A program made the translations under genes and the position numbers. This document shows, one piece after another, positions 1-14,359 of a stretch of DNA of 64,000 nt; position 1 is the first letter of the stretch; each line of letters opens with the position of its first letter. The notes under the pieces are model-generated. The model saw only the letters and a program-made list of their open reading frames with translations. It was not told where the DNA came from and searched no databases. The stretch comes from Octopus bimaculoides (Eukaryota). The DNA lies in assembly GCF_001194135.2 (NCBI RefSeq), contig NC_068984.1, positions 21,238,965-21,302,964 of the forward strand, read 5' to 3'.

Positions 1-221
1 GATTTAAATTTAAACCTTTCATCAAAATTTTATATTTACGTTTCAGACACCAGCTTAAAAATGACTGATTTAACTAAATTCTTTGGTAAAAACACAATGA
101 CAAGATCCTAAATGTCCACATTAATTCTTTCTTTCAGTCTTCCTTTCACACTTTTTTTCCTTCCTTTCATTCCATCCTGCTCCCCTCTCTCTTGTGAAAC
201 CATGACTGCAAGGGAACCAAC

Positions 222-371
222 CTGTCGGGAATTAATTTCTAACAGCTTTGTCACTGTTTCTTCTCCATCTTTCACAAGGAACTGAATGAATAAAGACGGC
301 AATTTCTCGTCCTCCAAATCGTCATGGAAATGCCAGGACATCTCGGTGAACGGAACTGCCAGATCAACAAA
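222..371 (-). CDS. FRMD8: FRMD8 exon, FERM F3 lobe: FVDLAVPFTEMSWHFHDDLEDEKLPSLFIQFLVKDGEETVTKLLEINSRQ
   Basis: Acceptor ttgttactag|TTT, donor CAG|gttggt, 150 nt, phase 0-0; similar to FRMD8 LGLRFQELSW...KLLKIYSKQ. Confidence 0.9.
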
Positions 372-3300
372 CTAGTAACAAATATATAAATAAACAAATA
401 AATAGTTCATTTCATAATTATTTAATATGAATTTTTCTTCCACCTAATTTTCATTCTCTTCATAAGATGGAAGGAGTTAAAGTAAATGTAATTTAATCAG
501 ATTTCACAAAAAACATCTGAAATCAAAGTTAGTAAATAAAATATTACAGATTTTGATCCAGTAGATTTGTTTAGATTTGATGGTTCTACCAAACTGCTTC
601 ATCATCACCACTACCTCTGTGTCTTCATTAAACATTTTGATATTTTTTTTTTGTAGTTTAGTACAAACTTTGTCTTAGTTTGCAAATAATTCATGCAATA
701 AAGGAAATGTACCTCTAGATATATCTAGGCTGTACAGATGTGTTAGAGATCACCCTTGATGGGAAATACTACAACACAATAAGACTAAGACACTGGATAA
801 ACTTATAGCCTCTAAAATCTAATAATAATAATTATTTCAAATTTTTGCCACAAGGGTAGCTTGGGGGAAGGGATTAAGTCAATTACATTGACCCCAGTGT
901 TTCACTGATACTTAATTTATCGAACCCGAAAGGATGAAAGGCAAAGTTGACCTCGGTGGAATTTGAACTCGGAACATAGTGACAGGCAAAATAATAATAA
1001 TAATGCCACCATCATCATTATTTTATATTCACTTTTCTATGCTGGAATGGATTAGACAGGTTTTCTGGGGCAGAGTTTTTATGGTTGGATGCCCTTTCTG
1101 TTGCCAGCCCTTTATGTCACTCCTTATGACATGCAGTAACACAGTGTACCAGATCAAAATCTGGGATACACACAAAATGATAATAATTACATAATTGTTA
1201 TGGCTCAGATATTTTTCCAATGACCTGAATGTCAGCTTCTCTAATACTGAACTTAAAAGATGTTGATGGTGACCCACATTGCCAATGAACTGATCATTAA
1301 GTTCTCTGATCATGATCATAAATAAAATATTAGGAAGTAACTCAATTCTATAATTTCTTTTAATAGCTCAGTTAGAATTGGAAGAGTAAAAGCGAAGGTT
1401 GTTTTGCAGTCTCTCTGAGACTGATAAAAGATTTTGGTATCATCAGAGTGGAAGTTTGGCCTAAATGCTTACAACAGAGAGATACTAAAGGGCCAGGTAG
1501 TAGTGTTGAGAAAAAAAATGAAAATAAAAGTCATTTAATATCTTACATCTTTGTCTTTTTCTATGATACAGACTCCCTCCGTGTTGATGCAAACCCACAC
1601 ATGCATTGAGTGCACTCCGAAAACCATCTGGAGTTTAGAGGTAGGACGGTCAACGACAGCACTGAAGTATGCAGACCTTCAATAGGAAAAAAGAAAGCTT
1701 AAATCAATCACTGATTGATGTCAATATATAATAGCTTCACATATTTCATTATTGTTGATGTGTCAGTGGAGTAACTGGATCAAGAGAGCATTAAACTAAT
1801 ACCTTAGATAATCTAGTTTTCTGTCTGTAGGTTATGAGTTCAAGTCCTGTTAGGGCTGAACACTGTTCTTTTCTTTAGGTACTTATACTATAAGTACCAA
1901 ACATATGTACTAGGACCAATTCTATCAGTTTTCAAAAAAAAAAAAAAAAATCTAGCTAGTTTTTCTTCTTTGCTATTGTGATTGAAGGTATGGAACCTGG
2001 CAGAATCTTCAGCCAAAAATAGGTTTAAAGAAGCACAAACTGACAGTTATGATGAGAAAGAGGAGGAAATAGAGACCGACAACTGGGAGTTTCTACACAC
2101 CAAAGACTATATCTGTGGATGGAGCATGATTCCAGCCTGAAAGAAGGTGACACAGTAGTGGAATGGTACAATAGTTAAGAAAACCAGAAAGAACAAGGAG
2201 ATCAAAGAATAATATCAGGTTTTATATATATCCTTTTAATCTTTTACTTGTTTCAGTCATTTGACTTTGGCCACGCTGGAGCACTGCCTTTAGTCGAAGA
2301 AATCGACTCAAGGACTTATTCTTTGTAAGCCTACTACTTATTCTATTGGTGTCTTTTGCTGAACTGCTAAGTTTCAGTGATGTGAACCACCAACATCAGT
2401 TGTCAAGTGATGGAGGGGGGGGGACAAACACAGACATACACACAAATATATATATATATACAACAGGCTTCTTTCAATTTCCATCTACTAAATCCACTCA
2501 CAAGGCTTTGGTTGGCCTGAAGTTATAGTAGAAGACACTGGTCCAAGGTGCCACACAATGGGACTGAACCTGGAACCATGTGGTTGGGAAGCAAGCTTAT
2601 TACCACACAGCTATGCCTGTATATATATATATATATATATATAAAGGTACAGTGTATATTTAAATACATAAGAGGAATCCACTCATGGGATATACACTGT
2701 ACCTTATGAGTAATTCATAGTCTTTGGACTAAACTTTTATACACTGGGCTACTTGGAGGTGAAAATTTTTATTAATTTCCATTTCCCTTTGATATGATTA
2801 AATATATATGTATATATATATATCCCTCTCTCTCTCTTTCGGAGAGAGGCACAAGCACATACACAGACATATACACACACAGCAGTAACTTCCGCCTACC
2901 AAATTCAATCACAAAGCTTCGGTCGGCTTACTGGAGAACAAGTGGAACAATTGGATGGACCTCAGGCAGGCTGATAGAGTATGAAAACATTGTATGTGGC
3001 AAACATACATGAATAATAAGCAGTAATTGACAGTGTCTTGATAACATAATTAGTAGTGGGAGTGGGTGTTCCGAGAATGTGGCAGGAAAAATTCAAGGAG
3101 CTATGATCTCTACTGGCAACAAAGAACAGATTATTTGATGATTGTGTATGAAGTACAATGGTAGAGAAACAAAGGCTTTGAATGAGGAAGACATGTGAAA
3201 GCGAGATACTGTTGGAGAGGATCCAACCATTTCATGCAAGATGGAAAAACACAAAAATGGTGATTATCTAAGAACCCATTATTTGTTTCAATAGCATTAG

Positions 3301-6300
3301 AGATGAAGGGACCAAATGGACAGACTACCAGATTATCATCAGCTGAAGAGGCACAAGTTTTTATCCTAGAACAGGTGTTTCATTGTGTGTCAGGATAAGA
3401 TACAGAGTTCTATATTGCCTCAGTTTATCAAGGTGAATAGTAGACACCAAGTGTTTCCAGGTAAAGTTATCTGCAAATGACACCTGTTCTACCCAAATTA
3501 AAGATGTTACACCTATATCTGTATCAGTACAGAAACCAAAGTTTAATCCACAGAATTATGGACTTAGTTGGACTCATTGGATGATTTACTGAACTTTCAC
3601 ATCCTTAAGTTTTTTATTAATGGTTAGATGTTCAAGTGAGTATGACAGCCACTGGACATCTGATTGATATTCGTGGCATATAGAAGACAGATAATTAGGT
3701 TAAAACATAAGATCTAAATGGTCAGGCTCTCAGATTCAGATTTGACGCCTGGTTCAAGTTACTTCCACTTCACTTTATTCCCTTCAATTATGTTTATGGG
3801 AAAAATCCACATCTTGCTAGTCCTAAAATCCAAAGCTCCCTATCACCATGGAGAGAGCAACAGAAGATTACTGAGCTGAGGGCAATTTTTATTAAAAGAA
3901 AATAACTTACCCATAGAACGGTGTATTCCATAATAACTGTAAATACATTTTATAAAGAGATACTTTGCTGTACTGCTCTGGCAAAGCCTGTGAAATTCGT
4001 ACTACTGCCTCTTCAAATCGTACTTCGATATCATTTCGAGATGAATTTTTGAGACCAGGAATTTGCCATCGTCTTTTGCACAAGAATTCTGGGTAAAATC
4101 TTTCCAAATTGTGCCTAAAACAGATATACAGAATGTCTTTAAGCCTTACATACCACAATTACATAACAAAACAATTGTAATATAAAACATCTTTAAGAAC
4201 ATCTATTCCCATGCTTAAATACACAACACATTGTGACAAGCTGCTAGAGGTAATGAAGTCTTAAATATCTAATTTAATCAAAGAACATTCAGTAAAAATA
4301 GAGTCTTAAGTGTAGCAGAACATATGTAAATATTATATTTCTCTAATTGATTTCAGTTATTTAATTTTAACATGCTGGGGCATCATATTAAAATTCATAA
4401 TATAAGTTTGTGTGCTGTAAAAAGAAATGAGCTCTGATATTTCAAGAAGGGTCCATAACAATCTTAAATTCCCCAGAATGTAATTTTTTTCTTTACATAT
4501 TCAATGTGGAGCACTAAGACCACCATCCGAGTGTGATCGTTGCCAGAGCAGCTGTCTGGCTTCCATGCCGGTGGCATGTAAATAGCACCAGCGTGATCGT
4601 TACCAACGTCGCCTTCCTGGCACGTGAAAAGACATTCGAGCGAGATCGTTGCCTGTGCCGATGGACTGGCTCCTGTGCAGGTGGCACGTAAAATACACCA
4701 TTTCGAGCGTGGCCGTTGCCAGTACTACCTGACCGGCCTTCGTACCGGTGGCACGTAAAAGCACCCACTACACTTTCTGAGTGGTTAGCATTAGGAAGGG
4801 CATCCAGCTGTAGAAACTCTGCCAAATCAGATTGGAGGCTGGTGTCGCCTCCTGGTCCACCAGTCCTCAGTCAAATCGTCTAACCCATGCTAGCATGGAA
4901 AGCGGACGTTAAACGACGATGATGATGATGAATGTTAAGGGGAATATATTTATAGATTTTAGCGAATACTGTATGTATAGACAGATGTAAACACCTTGCT
5001 TTTATATACAATAACTTTGTGAATAGAAAAGCCGGATCAGCCAGATTAGTTTCAATATTGTGCTGAGATTTCATTACTGACCCTCTTTCACTATTCAGGG
5101 AGACACTGTTTCTTATAAACCCACTATTACTAAGAGCTTCTGTAAATGAGAAACAAATTTGCACATAACACATCTTTGACAGTCAGTTTTATCTATAAAT
5201 TGCTAGTGTTAACAGTGTTTTGCTATAGAGTAAAAGAGAATGTTTTGTTGCGAATACTATGAAACAGACACATGTAAATACTTTGCTTTTATATAAAACA
5301 TATCTTCATGGACACAAAAAAGACAATAAGAGATCAACCAGACTAGTTTCAACCTTTGCATTGGGATTTATCGATGACCATCCTCTTCGACTGCTTAACA
5401 ATTTACTTGAGCCCTTAGTAACAATAAGTTTATAAGCAGTGTATCTGTAGACAATTAGAGGGTAGTTAGTCACTTACGACATCCCAACGCAGGACTGAAA
5501 CTAGTCTAGCTTATTTTACCCACAAAGACATTGTGGATAGAATTTATACAGATTTGTTGACATATAGCTACTACACAAAATATTGGTTAAAAATTTATAG
5601 ATATATCGTGTAGTAACACAATGTAGCATTGAAATAAAACACAATTATCACATTGGTAATGGTTACATATTTAATAAATTGATTTTTAACTTAATACAAT
5701 CAAAACATACCAACCTTTGATTTTGTGTTAAACCTTTGACCCCTATGAGATTGCCCTCCTCTATGATAAATTGAATTGCAGCCAACTCATCGTAGTCTAG
5801 TTTATCAACAACATACCGACCTTCCAACACATTGTATTGAGCTTCGTGATACAAAAGAGACAATGTGGTTTCATCGTTAAGCTATACAAAACATAAGAGA
5901 AAAAGACACATAAGAGACATAACTATCAAGAAAATGTCTTTTTATAAACAGTGGTTTCAAATTATTTTGGCACATGACCATGAATTTTAGGGAAGAGTGT
6001 AAGCTGATCACATGAACATCAGTGTTCAGCTGGTGCTTATTTTATTAACCCTGAAATTCCTTGGTGGAATTTGAACTAAGAATGTAAAGAGCTAAAAGAA
6101 ATGCCACTAAGCATTTTGTTCAATATGCTAACAATTCTGCCAGCTTACCACCTTTAAGCTCCCCAATAATACTGTGATTAAGTGTGAGATTTAGAAAGAC
6201 TCAAGTAGAATAAATATTCATTTAAAATGGAAGAAAATGCCAACAGCATTACAAAAGTATAAATTATTTATTTAGAAAAGTAAACTTTACAACAGAGCCA

Positions 6301-9300
6301 AGACTACACAGATTACTTCTTTCTTGTTGCTTTTAAAGCCATCCTTAATATGATAATACAAGATGGTGAGCTGGCAGAAACATTAGCACGCTGGGCGAAA
6401 TGCTTAGTGGTATTTCGTCAGACTTTACGTCCTGAGTTCAAATTCCACCGAGGTCAACTTTGCATTTCATCCTTTCAGGGTTGATAAATTAAGTACCAGT
6501 TATGTACTGGGGCTGATCTAATCGACTGGCCCCCTCCACCAAAATTTTGGGCCTTGTGTTTAGAGTAGAAAAGAATATGATAAGTAGACATGAAGAAAGT
6601 CAATGTATTAAAATCAGCAATTTGTTTTATTCAAGGTTAAGAAGTTTGTATCAGACATGACAACCCAATAGAGGACAACCCAATAGAGGACAACCCAATA
6701 GAGGACAACCCAATAGAGAACAACATGTATATTCAGGTCAAAAAATTTGATCATTGAGTCTTCCAAGAAATATTTCTCACAAATTAAGAGAGGCAGAAAA
6801 ATTATGAAATGCGTTTGTTTATTATAATGTGAATATATGTATCTATGCATCTTTTTGCATGTGTGTGTGTGTGTGTGTGTGTTACTTTACAGAGATTAAA
6901 GGGAGATAGAATGAGTGGGAGTTAGAAAGAAAGAGAGAGTAGGTATATGTTCATGTGCACTGAATGAGAGAGAGAGAGAGAGAGAGAGAGGGTGTAAGCA
7001 TGTTAATAATATGCTTGGTTGGTATCAGCTTCTTGTAAATCATTTTCTATTACAATAACTTTCTTCTTTACTATATAAAGCTCCAAAGGAGAGGTTGCTG
7101 AGAAATTGCTGACCAGTGCTTATTGGCCAGTTATCACCAATGCAAAGAGCCAAGCAGACTTTCTTTTATATGGAAGTTTACATTTTGATGTAAATTTATA
7201 CATATAACAGATTTGGTCAGCTGAAAGTTGCATTACAGTTTTTGTTGTAGCAGTAACTGATGGCCACTGGAATATATATATATATACACACACACACGAG
7301 TGGTCAAACAAAAGAAAAGGGGCACTCAACACATCTAGTAGGGGTTACATGTATCATTTAAAACTGCTTGATTTAGTTCCGTGTTACTTTAAGTTTCGCA
7401 GGCTCCCTAATGGGATCCTGACACCTTCAGGCTTCTGGAATGATTGATCAGGCTCCCATTAGGAGCCTGCGAAACTCGAAGTAGAATAGAACCAAATCAA
7501 ACAGTTTTAAATAACACACACAAACACAGTGTGTGTGTGTGTGTGTGGATGGGTGGGTATGTGTACTTTTGTCTTGACATCACATGTTGGTTATAAATGA
7601 GCCTCGCCACAAAGTATGGACGGAAAACAATCCTAATTAAATGTTAGAAAAAAAAAAAAAAAACAGAAATGGACTGGGGATGGGGAGTTGTGAATATTTC
7701 AGTGTAGATTTAAATGTGGAAATGACTTGTAGAAATAAATTCACAGAAAAATCCAGACTCTTGAATGGCTGACTAAACTTACTTTCATTTCCTCTTCTTT
7801 TGAATAAAACACATTCCTTTGTAACATCAGCAATGGAGTATCTGGAATGAAATACAGAAAAACAATGTAGCTGTTGACACAGTATATCTAGGACAACATT
7901 ATCCAATGTGTTTGTTCTACTTTTAAGACTGTAGGGTGTTGTATAAAGGAGATTTAGTCATTATTTCTAGCAGATTGAGCAACCTCATAAAAGCTCTCTC
8001 ATTGGTTTGCTGTTTTTTCAGAAACAATGCTGTTTAGTACTGAGCTATCATCAAAGCCATTCTAGCAATGACCATCTAGTCTTTTTGTAAGTTCATATTT
8101 ACATTATCCGCCAGTGGCATGTAAATAGCACCATTTGAGCGTGATCGTTACCAGTGTCGCTGGACTGGCTCCTGTGCAGGTGGCACGTAAAATACACCAT
8201 TTTGAGCGTGGCCGTTGCCAGTACCGCCTGACTGGCCTTCGTGCCGGTGGCACGTAAAAGCACCCACTACACTCTCGGAGTGGTTGGCGTTAGGAAGGGC
8301 ATCCAGCTGTACAAACTCTGCCAGATCAGATTGGAGCCTGGTGTAGTCATCTGGTTCACCAGTCCTCAGTCAAATCGTCCAACCCATGCTAGCATGGAAA
8401 GCAGACGTTAAACGATGATGATGATGATGATGATGATGATGAATGACTACATTGTCCATTTTCAGAAAATAAGTTGACATTTGAGGGAGATTTGGCTTCA
8501 GAAGTTGTGAAAATTACTAAAAGGAAACACCAAATCAAATCACTTTCTATTATCAAATTGTCTGTAATCAATAAAGCATTAAAAAATATAAGACTGTAAT
8601 CCCTTCATTCTGAAATTTAGAGAATGTAGCTGCTGCCAAAATACACTAATGCATACCGATGAGACTTATGTGCCCCATCATATCTTCTAGCCTTGACTAT
8701 AGTTAAGCTTGAACTGTTAGATTTAAAATGGGGGTTCACATATTTTTATTGGGACAATATGAATTAAGAGATTTGGTAACAGAACTTTGGATTTTATAAT
8801 TAACCATAGTGTCAAATAATAAATAAGTTAATAAATATATGAAAAACCAATATTCGCTCACCTCTCAACTTATATTCTGCTTTCTGGTCAGTATACAGTT
8901 TACACAGCTCTTGCCATTGTTGAACAAGGTAGTAAGGACGGTGATTTTTCTTTAAGCGAAGTTCTAGGATTTAAGTGGTAGTAAAATAAAAAAAACATAA
9001 ATAAATCATTAATGAATTGAAAACTTTAAACTTGAAAGTTTGCGGAATATTATAGTTCATGAATATTTATGTAAAATAAACTGTCGCAGGCAATATGAGA
9101 AAGAATCCTGAAAGCAATATGAACAAAATTTAGATTATTGACATTTATTAAAAACATCTTTTTTATCCACGTAACAAACATTTCATTCAATTTACAATGG
9201 AGACAAATAGTAAAATACTCATAAGTTTCAATAGTGAACAAGAATCAACTGAGGTCAGTAATTAAAAAAAAAAAAACAGACAAAACACTGATTGACCAAA

Positions 9301-12300
9301 TAAAAAAAACAATTAGTTCAGTAAAATTACACCCTAATTTTAATTGAATCCAGAAAGATGAAAAGCCAAGTCAAACACATTGAACACTTAAAAGGCAGAT
9401 GAATGTCACCTGCATTTTATAACCTGGCAAGAGTGCTTAGCAATAGGAAATTACTGAATGATACACACCCTCTAGAAGCCTTTGAAGGCTGCACCCAAAA
9501 CAATGTGCAATATGAGCACGTGTTGCATTATGTTTTTCCTTCACCATCAAATACTAAATTCTCTAGAATAAATTTTTCCAGTGCTCTACCATGTCTATGA
9601 AACTATTGTTCCTTTAAAGAGAGAAAATATTCTTACTTGTAAATCTCTGCCTAAGATACCACAATGTGGTTTATTCTCATTAAACTCCTAACTCAGGAAC
9701 GGCAATCACTATTCACTTAAATTTTAACAACCTGCCATCATCATTTTTTATCAAGTTTGCCACAATATAAAAACATTTCGTCACATCGTTATTGACTTAT
9801 CCTCTGCACATCTTCTGAGATATTGATGGAATTCCCTCACTAGGTAACCATTACTCTGAGATATTTACTCAAGCAGTTTTCACATTAATATTCAAAAAAT
9901 TCTGGTATGTTTTGCAGGCAATTGATTTATTGTACCATGAAGAATCATACTGAAAACATTTAAAGAGACTCTAATATGATTCGAAAATCCTAATAATAGT
10001 TTCTACCATGGGAGCAAAGTCTGAAATTTTGTGGGGAAGGGTACAGTCACTTAAATTTACCACAGTCGTTGACTGGTCCTTATTTTATTGATTCTGAAAG
10101 ATGAAAGGCAAGGTTGGCTTCAGCAGAATTTAAACTATGAATTAAAGATGCGGAACAAATGCTGCAAGATATTTTGTCAGACACTAACAATTCTGTTAAG
10201 CCACTGTCCTAATGAAGTCTCTAACAATAATGATCTTTAGATCTCTAAATAATAAAGAACAGCAACCACACTGACACACTACTAGAAATAAGAAAAACCA
10301 TCAACAACATGACAGCATTCCTTTCTTTATATGGTGCCGGAGGAAAGACTCAACTCTTACAAAAGGAACAATTCAGGAAGTCAGCAGAAGATCATGGAAA
10401 TAATATTGAGTTATCAAAGGTTGAATGATTCAAGTGGTTTAAGCATGGAGTTGTGCATAAAGCACCTACAGAAATCTGCAGTTGCTGGACCTCAGAAAGT
10501 CATAAGAAGTTGCAACATGAAGTACAGCTTGTGACAACAATAAATAACTAGAGCAACATAGAGAGACAAACCAGCTTTTGAAACACATTTACCAAGTGTG
10601 TTTGTTGCTATGGTCCCATTACTTATTTGTCTTTCTCTTTCTAATTATCAGAGACACCAATAAATAAAGTGATGTTTTTTTTTGTTTTTTTAACAAGTAA
10701 AGGAGACGCAATCTCTTATTTACTAAGTTTTCAAGAGAAGAACTACAGACATTACCAAACTAATGAGAACACCAGCTACAAACAGAGATTTAACAAGCAA
10801 AAGGGACAAAAGAAAGATCCAACAAATACTTACCAAGTGATGGGGACACTAACCACAAAGAGAAAACATTCGCAGCTTCTGGGGGAAGTTTCTGTTCCTC
10901 TTGGACAATCCTGAATAGATCTTCAGTTTGTGCTTGTTGACCATTATTTACTTTCAATGGGATGACAGTCTGGTCTCTGAGGTAAATACAGAGCTCTAAA
11001 ACATCTGAAACTAAATTTGATCATTGGATAAATATGGTAGAAAATATAGAAATTTTATTCTCTTAATAAAAGTTTTAATTACCCTCTTCCTTCAAAATCC
11101 TAGTTAGGGTGCCAGCCTACAGACTAAAAGATTAAAAGTTCATAGACTATCAACATTATTCTATAAAACGGACATTGAACCACAAAGGTTTCATCAGCTT
11201 TCAATACTGAACTCAATAATCCTTAATGTCTAACTGGAAAAGAAATATATTCTAGCAGTGATATTATTATCTAGATCACATTAAAACTGGTGCCTTAATG
11301 GTTATTCCGACAGTTATGGTTGGACCCTAATAAATTACTAATATTTTATTTTACTGACATGAATGAAGAGAAGTGAAAATTAACTTCTAGCATGACGAGT
11401 ACCAGAAATAATTAACTCAAATATTAAACAGACTTAAGTTAGCTCCCTTGTTCCACTCACTACTTTATACTGCAGACGCAAGTTTACAACCTTTTGCAGG
11501 AAAGAATCATTAGACACCAGTACTTTCATCAGTATGTGGAGGCACATGGCCTAGTGGTTAGAGCAGCAGTCGAGGGATCGCGGGTTCGAATCTCAAACCG
11601 GGTGATGTGTGTGTTTATGAGCGAAACACCTAAAGCCCCACGCAGCTCTGGCAGAAAGGTAAGGGTGAACTTCTGCTGACCCTTTCACCACAACTTTCTC
11701 TTGCTCTTTCCTTCTACATCTAGCAGCTGACCTGTGTCCCGTCCAGGTGGGGAACCTATATGCCAATAAAACCAGAAAACAGTCTCTTATGAGCCAGGCA
11801 TGGCTCAAGAAGGAACAAACAACAACAGTTTCTTTTGACAAACTGTTAAGTAATGGGGATGTAAACAAACCATCACTGGTTATCATGTGGTGGTAGTGGA
11901 GGGTAGGGAGATCACAAACACACACAAACACATGACAGGATTCCACACAGTTTCTATTTATAAAATTCACTCACAAAGCATTGGTCAGCCTGAGGCTACA
12001 GAAGACACTTGCCTAAGGCGTCATGCAATCGAGTGGTTACAAAATGAGCTTCTTAACCACACAGCCCAGCCTGTACTTATGATGAGGTTTCAAAAATCAT
12101 GCATTTTGTAAACAATAGCAGTCATTCACTAGGTTTCCAATGAGTCAATCAACTGGTTAGTAACATTTACGATGTCAAGCATGACAAGGGAGTGTCTGTG
12201 GAATTTGAGCGACACAAAAATAATACAAGGTATTTTTATTTAACTCGGTGGTTTATTGGTGCTTTTATTATTTTTTTTGTTGATGTACAGATTGGTAAAA

Positions 12301-14328
12301 GATGCACACAAGTATTGATGACAGGTATTAATAGCACATCCATTAAACAATAACAATTTATAACAGCAGCATGTAACCTCAAATATTATTAATTGTAGGT
12401 GAGAAGTAATGTTTTTAATATTAGTCCCTGATAGTCCAATTGGCTTTTTGATTTATCAACTCTCTCCACACACACACACACACAAAGGGATGAAAAGCAA
12501 AGTTGATATTGGCAGGAATTGAACTCAAAACGTAAAGTGAAGTAACCAAATACCATAAAGAATTGTGTCCACCACTCTACTACTTCTGCCATCCACTCAG
12601 TAATAGTTTTTTTGACTATAGGCACATGTCCTGAAGTTTTGAGGAGAAGGGGAAATTGATTACATCAACCTCAGTACTTGTCTGGTACTTAATTTATCAA
12701 TCCCAAAAGGATGGAAGACAAAGTTAACTTTGGCAGAATATGAATTTAGGATGTAATGAGCCAGAAGAAATGCCACCAAGTAATTACATGACTGGTACCT
12801 ATTCTATCAACTTCAAAAGCATGAAAGGCTAAGTTGACCATGACAGGATTTGAACTCAGGCTGTACAGAGCCAGAACAAATATTACAAAGCAGTTTTTCT
12901 GAGGCTCTGATTCTACCAGTTCCTCTCTCTCTTCCAGGGCCATATCTACAGGCATTAGCAATCATGGACCTAATCAAAGATGGAAGATTCATGATTTTTC
13001 TTGGGAAAGACCAGGCAATAATTTCTTACTGTCTTTCGTTCATTTATTTACTGTTTACTCAGCTGGTCTTCTGCTCTCCTGAACCTAGATGGGGGATTGG
13101 TTGACATGGCATCAGTGCATGCCCACACATCAGCAAGTCTGTGTGACATGTTTAGGACCAGCCCTCCTCTAAATCCTGTATACTTTAGCCACATAACAAA
13201 CATCTACTTCTTGACCATGTCATGCTATGCCAAAGTGGAAGCTGGGAGTAAGGTGACTAAGGACTAACTCCATTTCCCCATCACAAACTTCTGAACCCAT
13301 GAGCTGGAGCTTCACCATCATCATCATTTAACGTCTTCCTTCCATGCTAGCATGGGTGGGACGGTTTCACAAGAGCCGTCCAAGTCAGAAGCCTACACCA
13401 GACCTCTGTAACTGTTTAGGCAGGATTTTTACAGCTGGATGCCCTTCTAACACCAACCACTTAGCAGAATGGACTTAGTGCTTTTAACGTGGCACAAGCA
13501 CAGGCAAGGTCAGTAGTGCTTTTTATGTGGCCCAAGTACAGACAAGGTCAGTTTTGGCAAGGTTTTTACAGTTGGATGCCCTTCCGAACACCAACCACCA
13601 TTAGATGCAATTTACCCAATACCCAATATACTGACAATAGTAACAACAATGATCAGCTTATAATGTTGCATAAAACTGACAGCAAACCAAAGGTCAATAT
13701 CCATAATAATATCTTGGGCCACGATCCTTGTACTCTTGAATTTCATGCACTGCAGCACCAGCCTGTAATCATAAATGTACTGTGCCAGCTCTGTTGGTCT
13801 CCTTTTCAGATTCTCAATCTTAAAAACCAATTGCACACTCACATTTGCTCTGACATAGTTAATGGAACAGACATCCTGTTACACATCAACCAAGGTACTT
13901 TCCTACTCCTCTTTTTAATGCATATGGAAAAGTTCTCAGATGTTTAAAAACCAGAAGTAAGTCACCTTCCTCTTTCCTGCATAAATTCTATCGATAAGGA
14001 GATATGCTCTTTTGTGACATACCATTTCAATGCTATTTTGCCTTTTCATGTATTTAATTGCTCTCTAGCATTTCCTTTTGGCTTGCAATGATAGCAAAAG
14101 AGGAGTTGTTGTTGATGTTGTTGTTGGTGGTGGTTGTGGTAAGGCTTTTGTTATTATTTGAGCTAGTGTTTTTACTAGTTTCTTTTGTATTTGTCAAAAT
14201 ATAACTGTGTTTATAATTGTGTGTCAGTTATTTTTTTTTCATTTTAATTTGAATTAAAACCATAAAGACAAATGAAATGCCACTAACCATTTTGTCTGGC
14301 GTGCTAACAATTCTGCCAGCTTGCTGCC

Positions 14329-14359
<31 letters not shown>

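Noticed and set aside
11537-11610. tRNA-like sequences at SINE heads (also 22385, 26082, 52445)
   Set aside because: They have A/B boxes but no complete cloverleaf and run straight into repeat bodies; SINE heads, not tRNA genes.
13612-13947. ORFs 13489-13947 (+) and 13612-13842 (-) in FRMD8 intron
   Set aside because: The + ORF begins inside a SINE-like repeat; the - frame resembles a decayed CR1-type LINE tail and has no usable splice sites.
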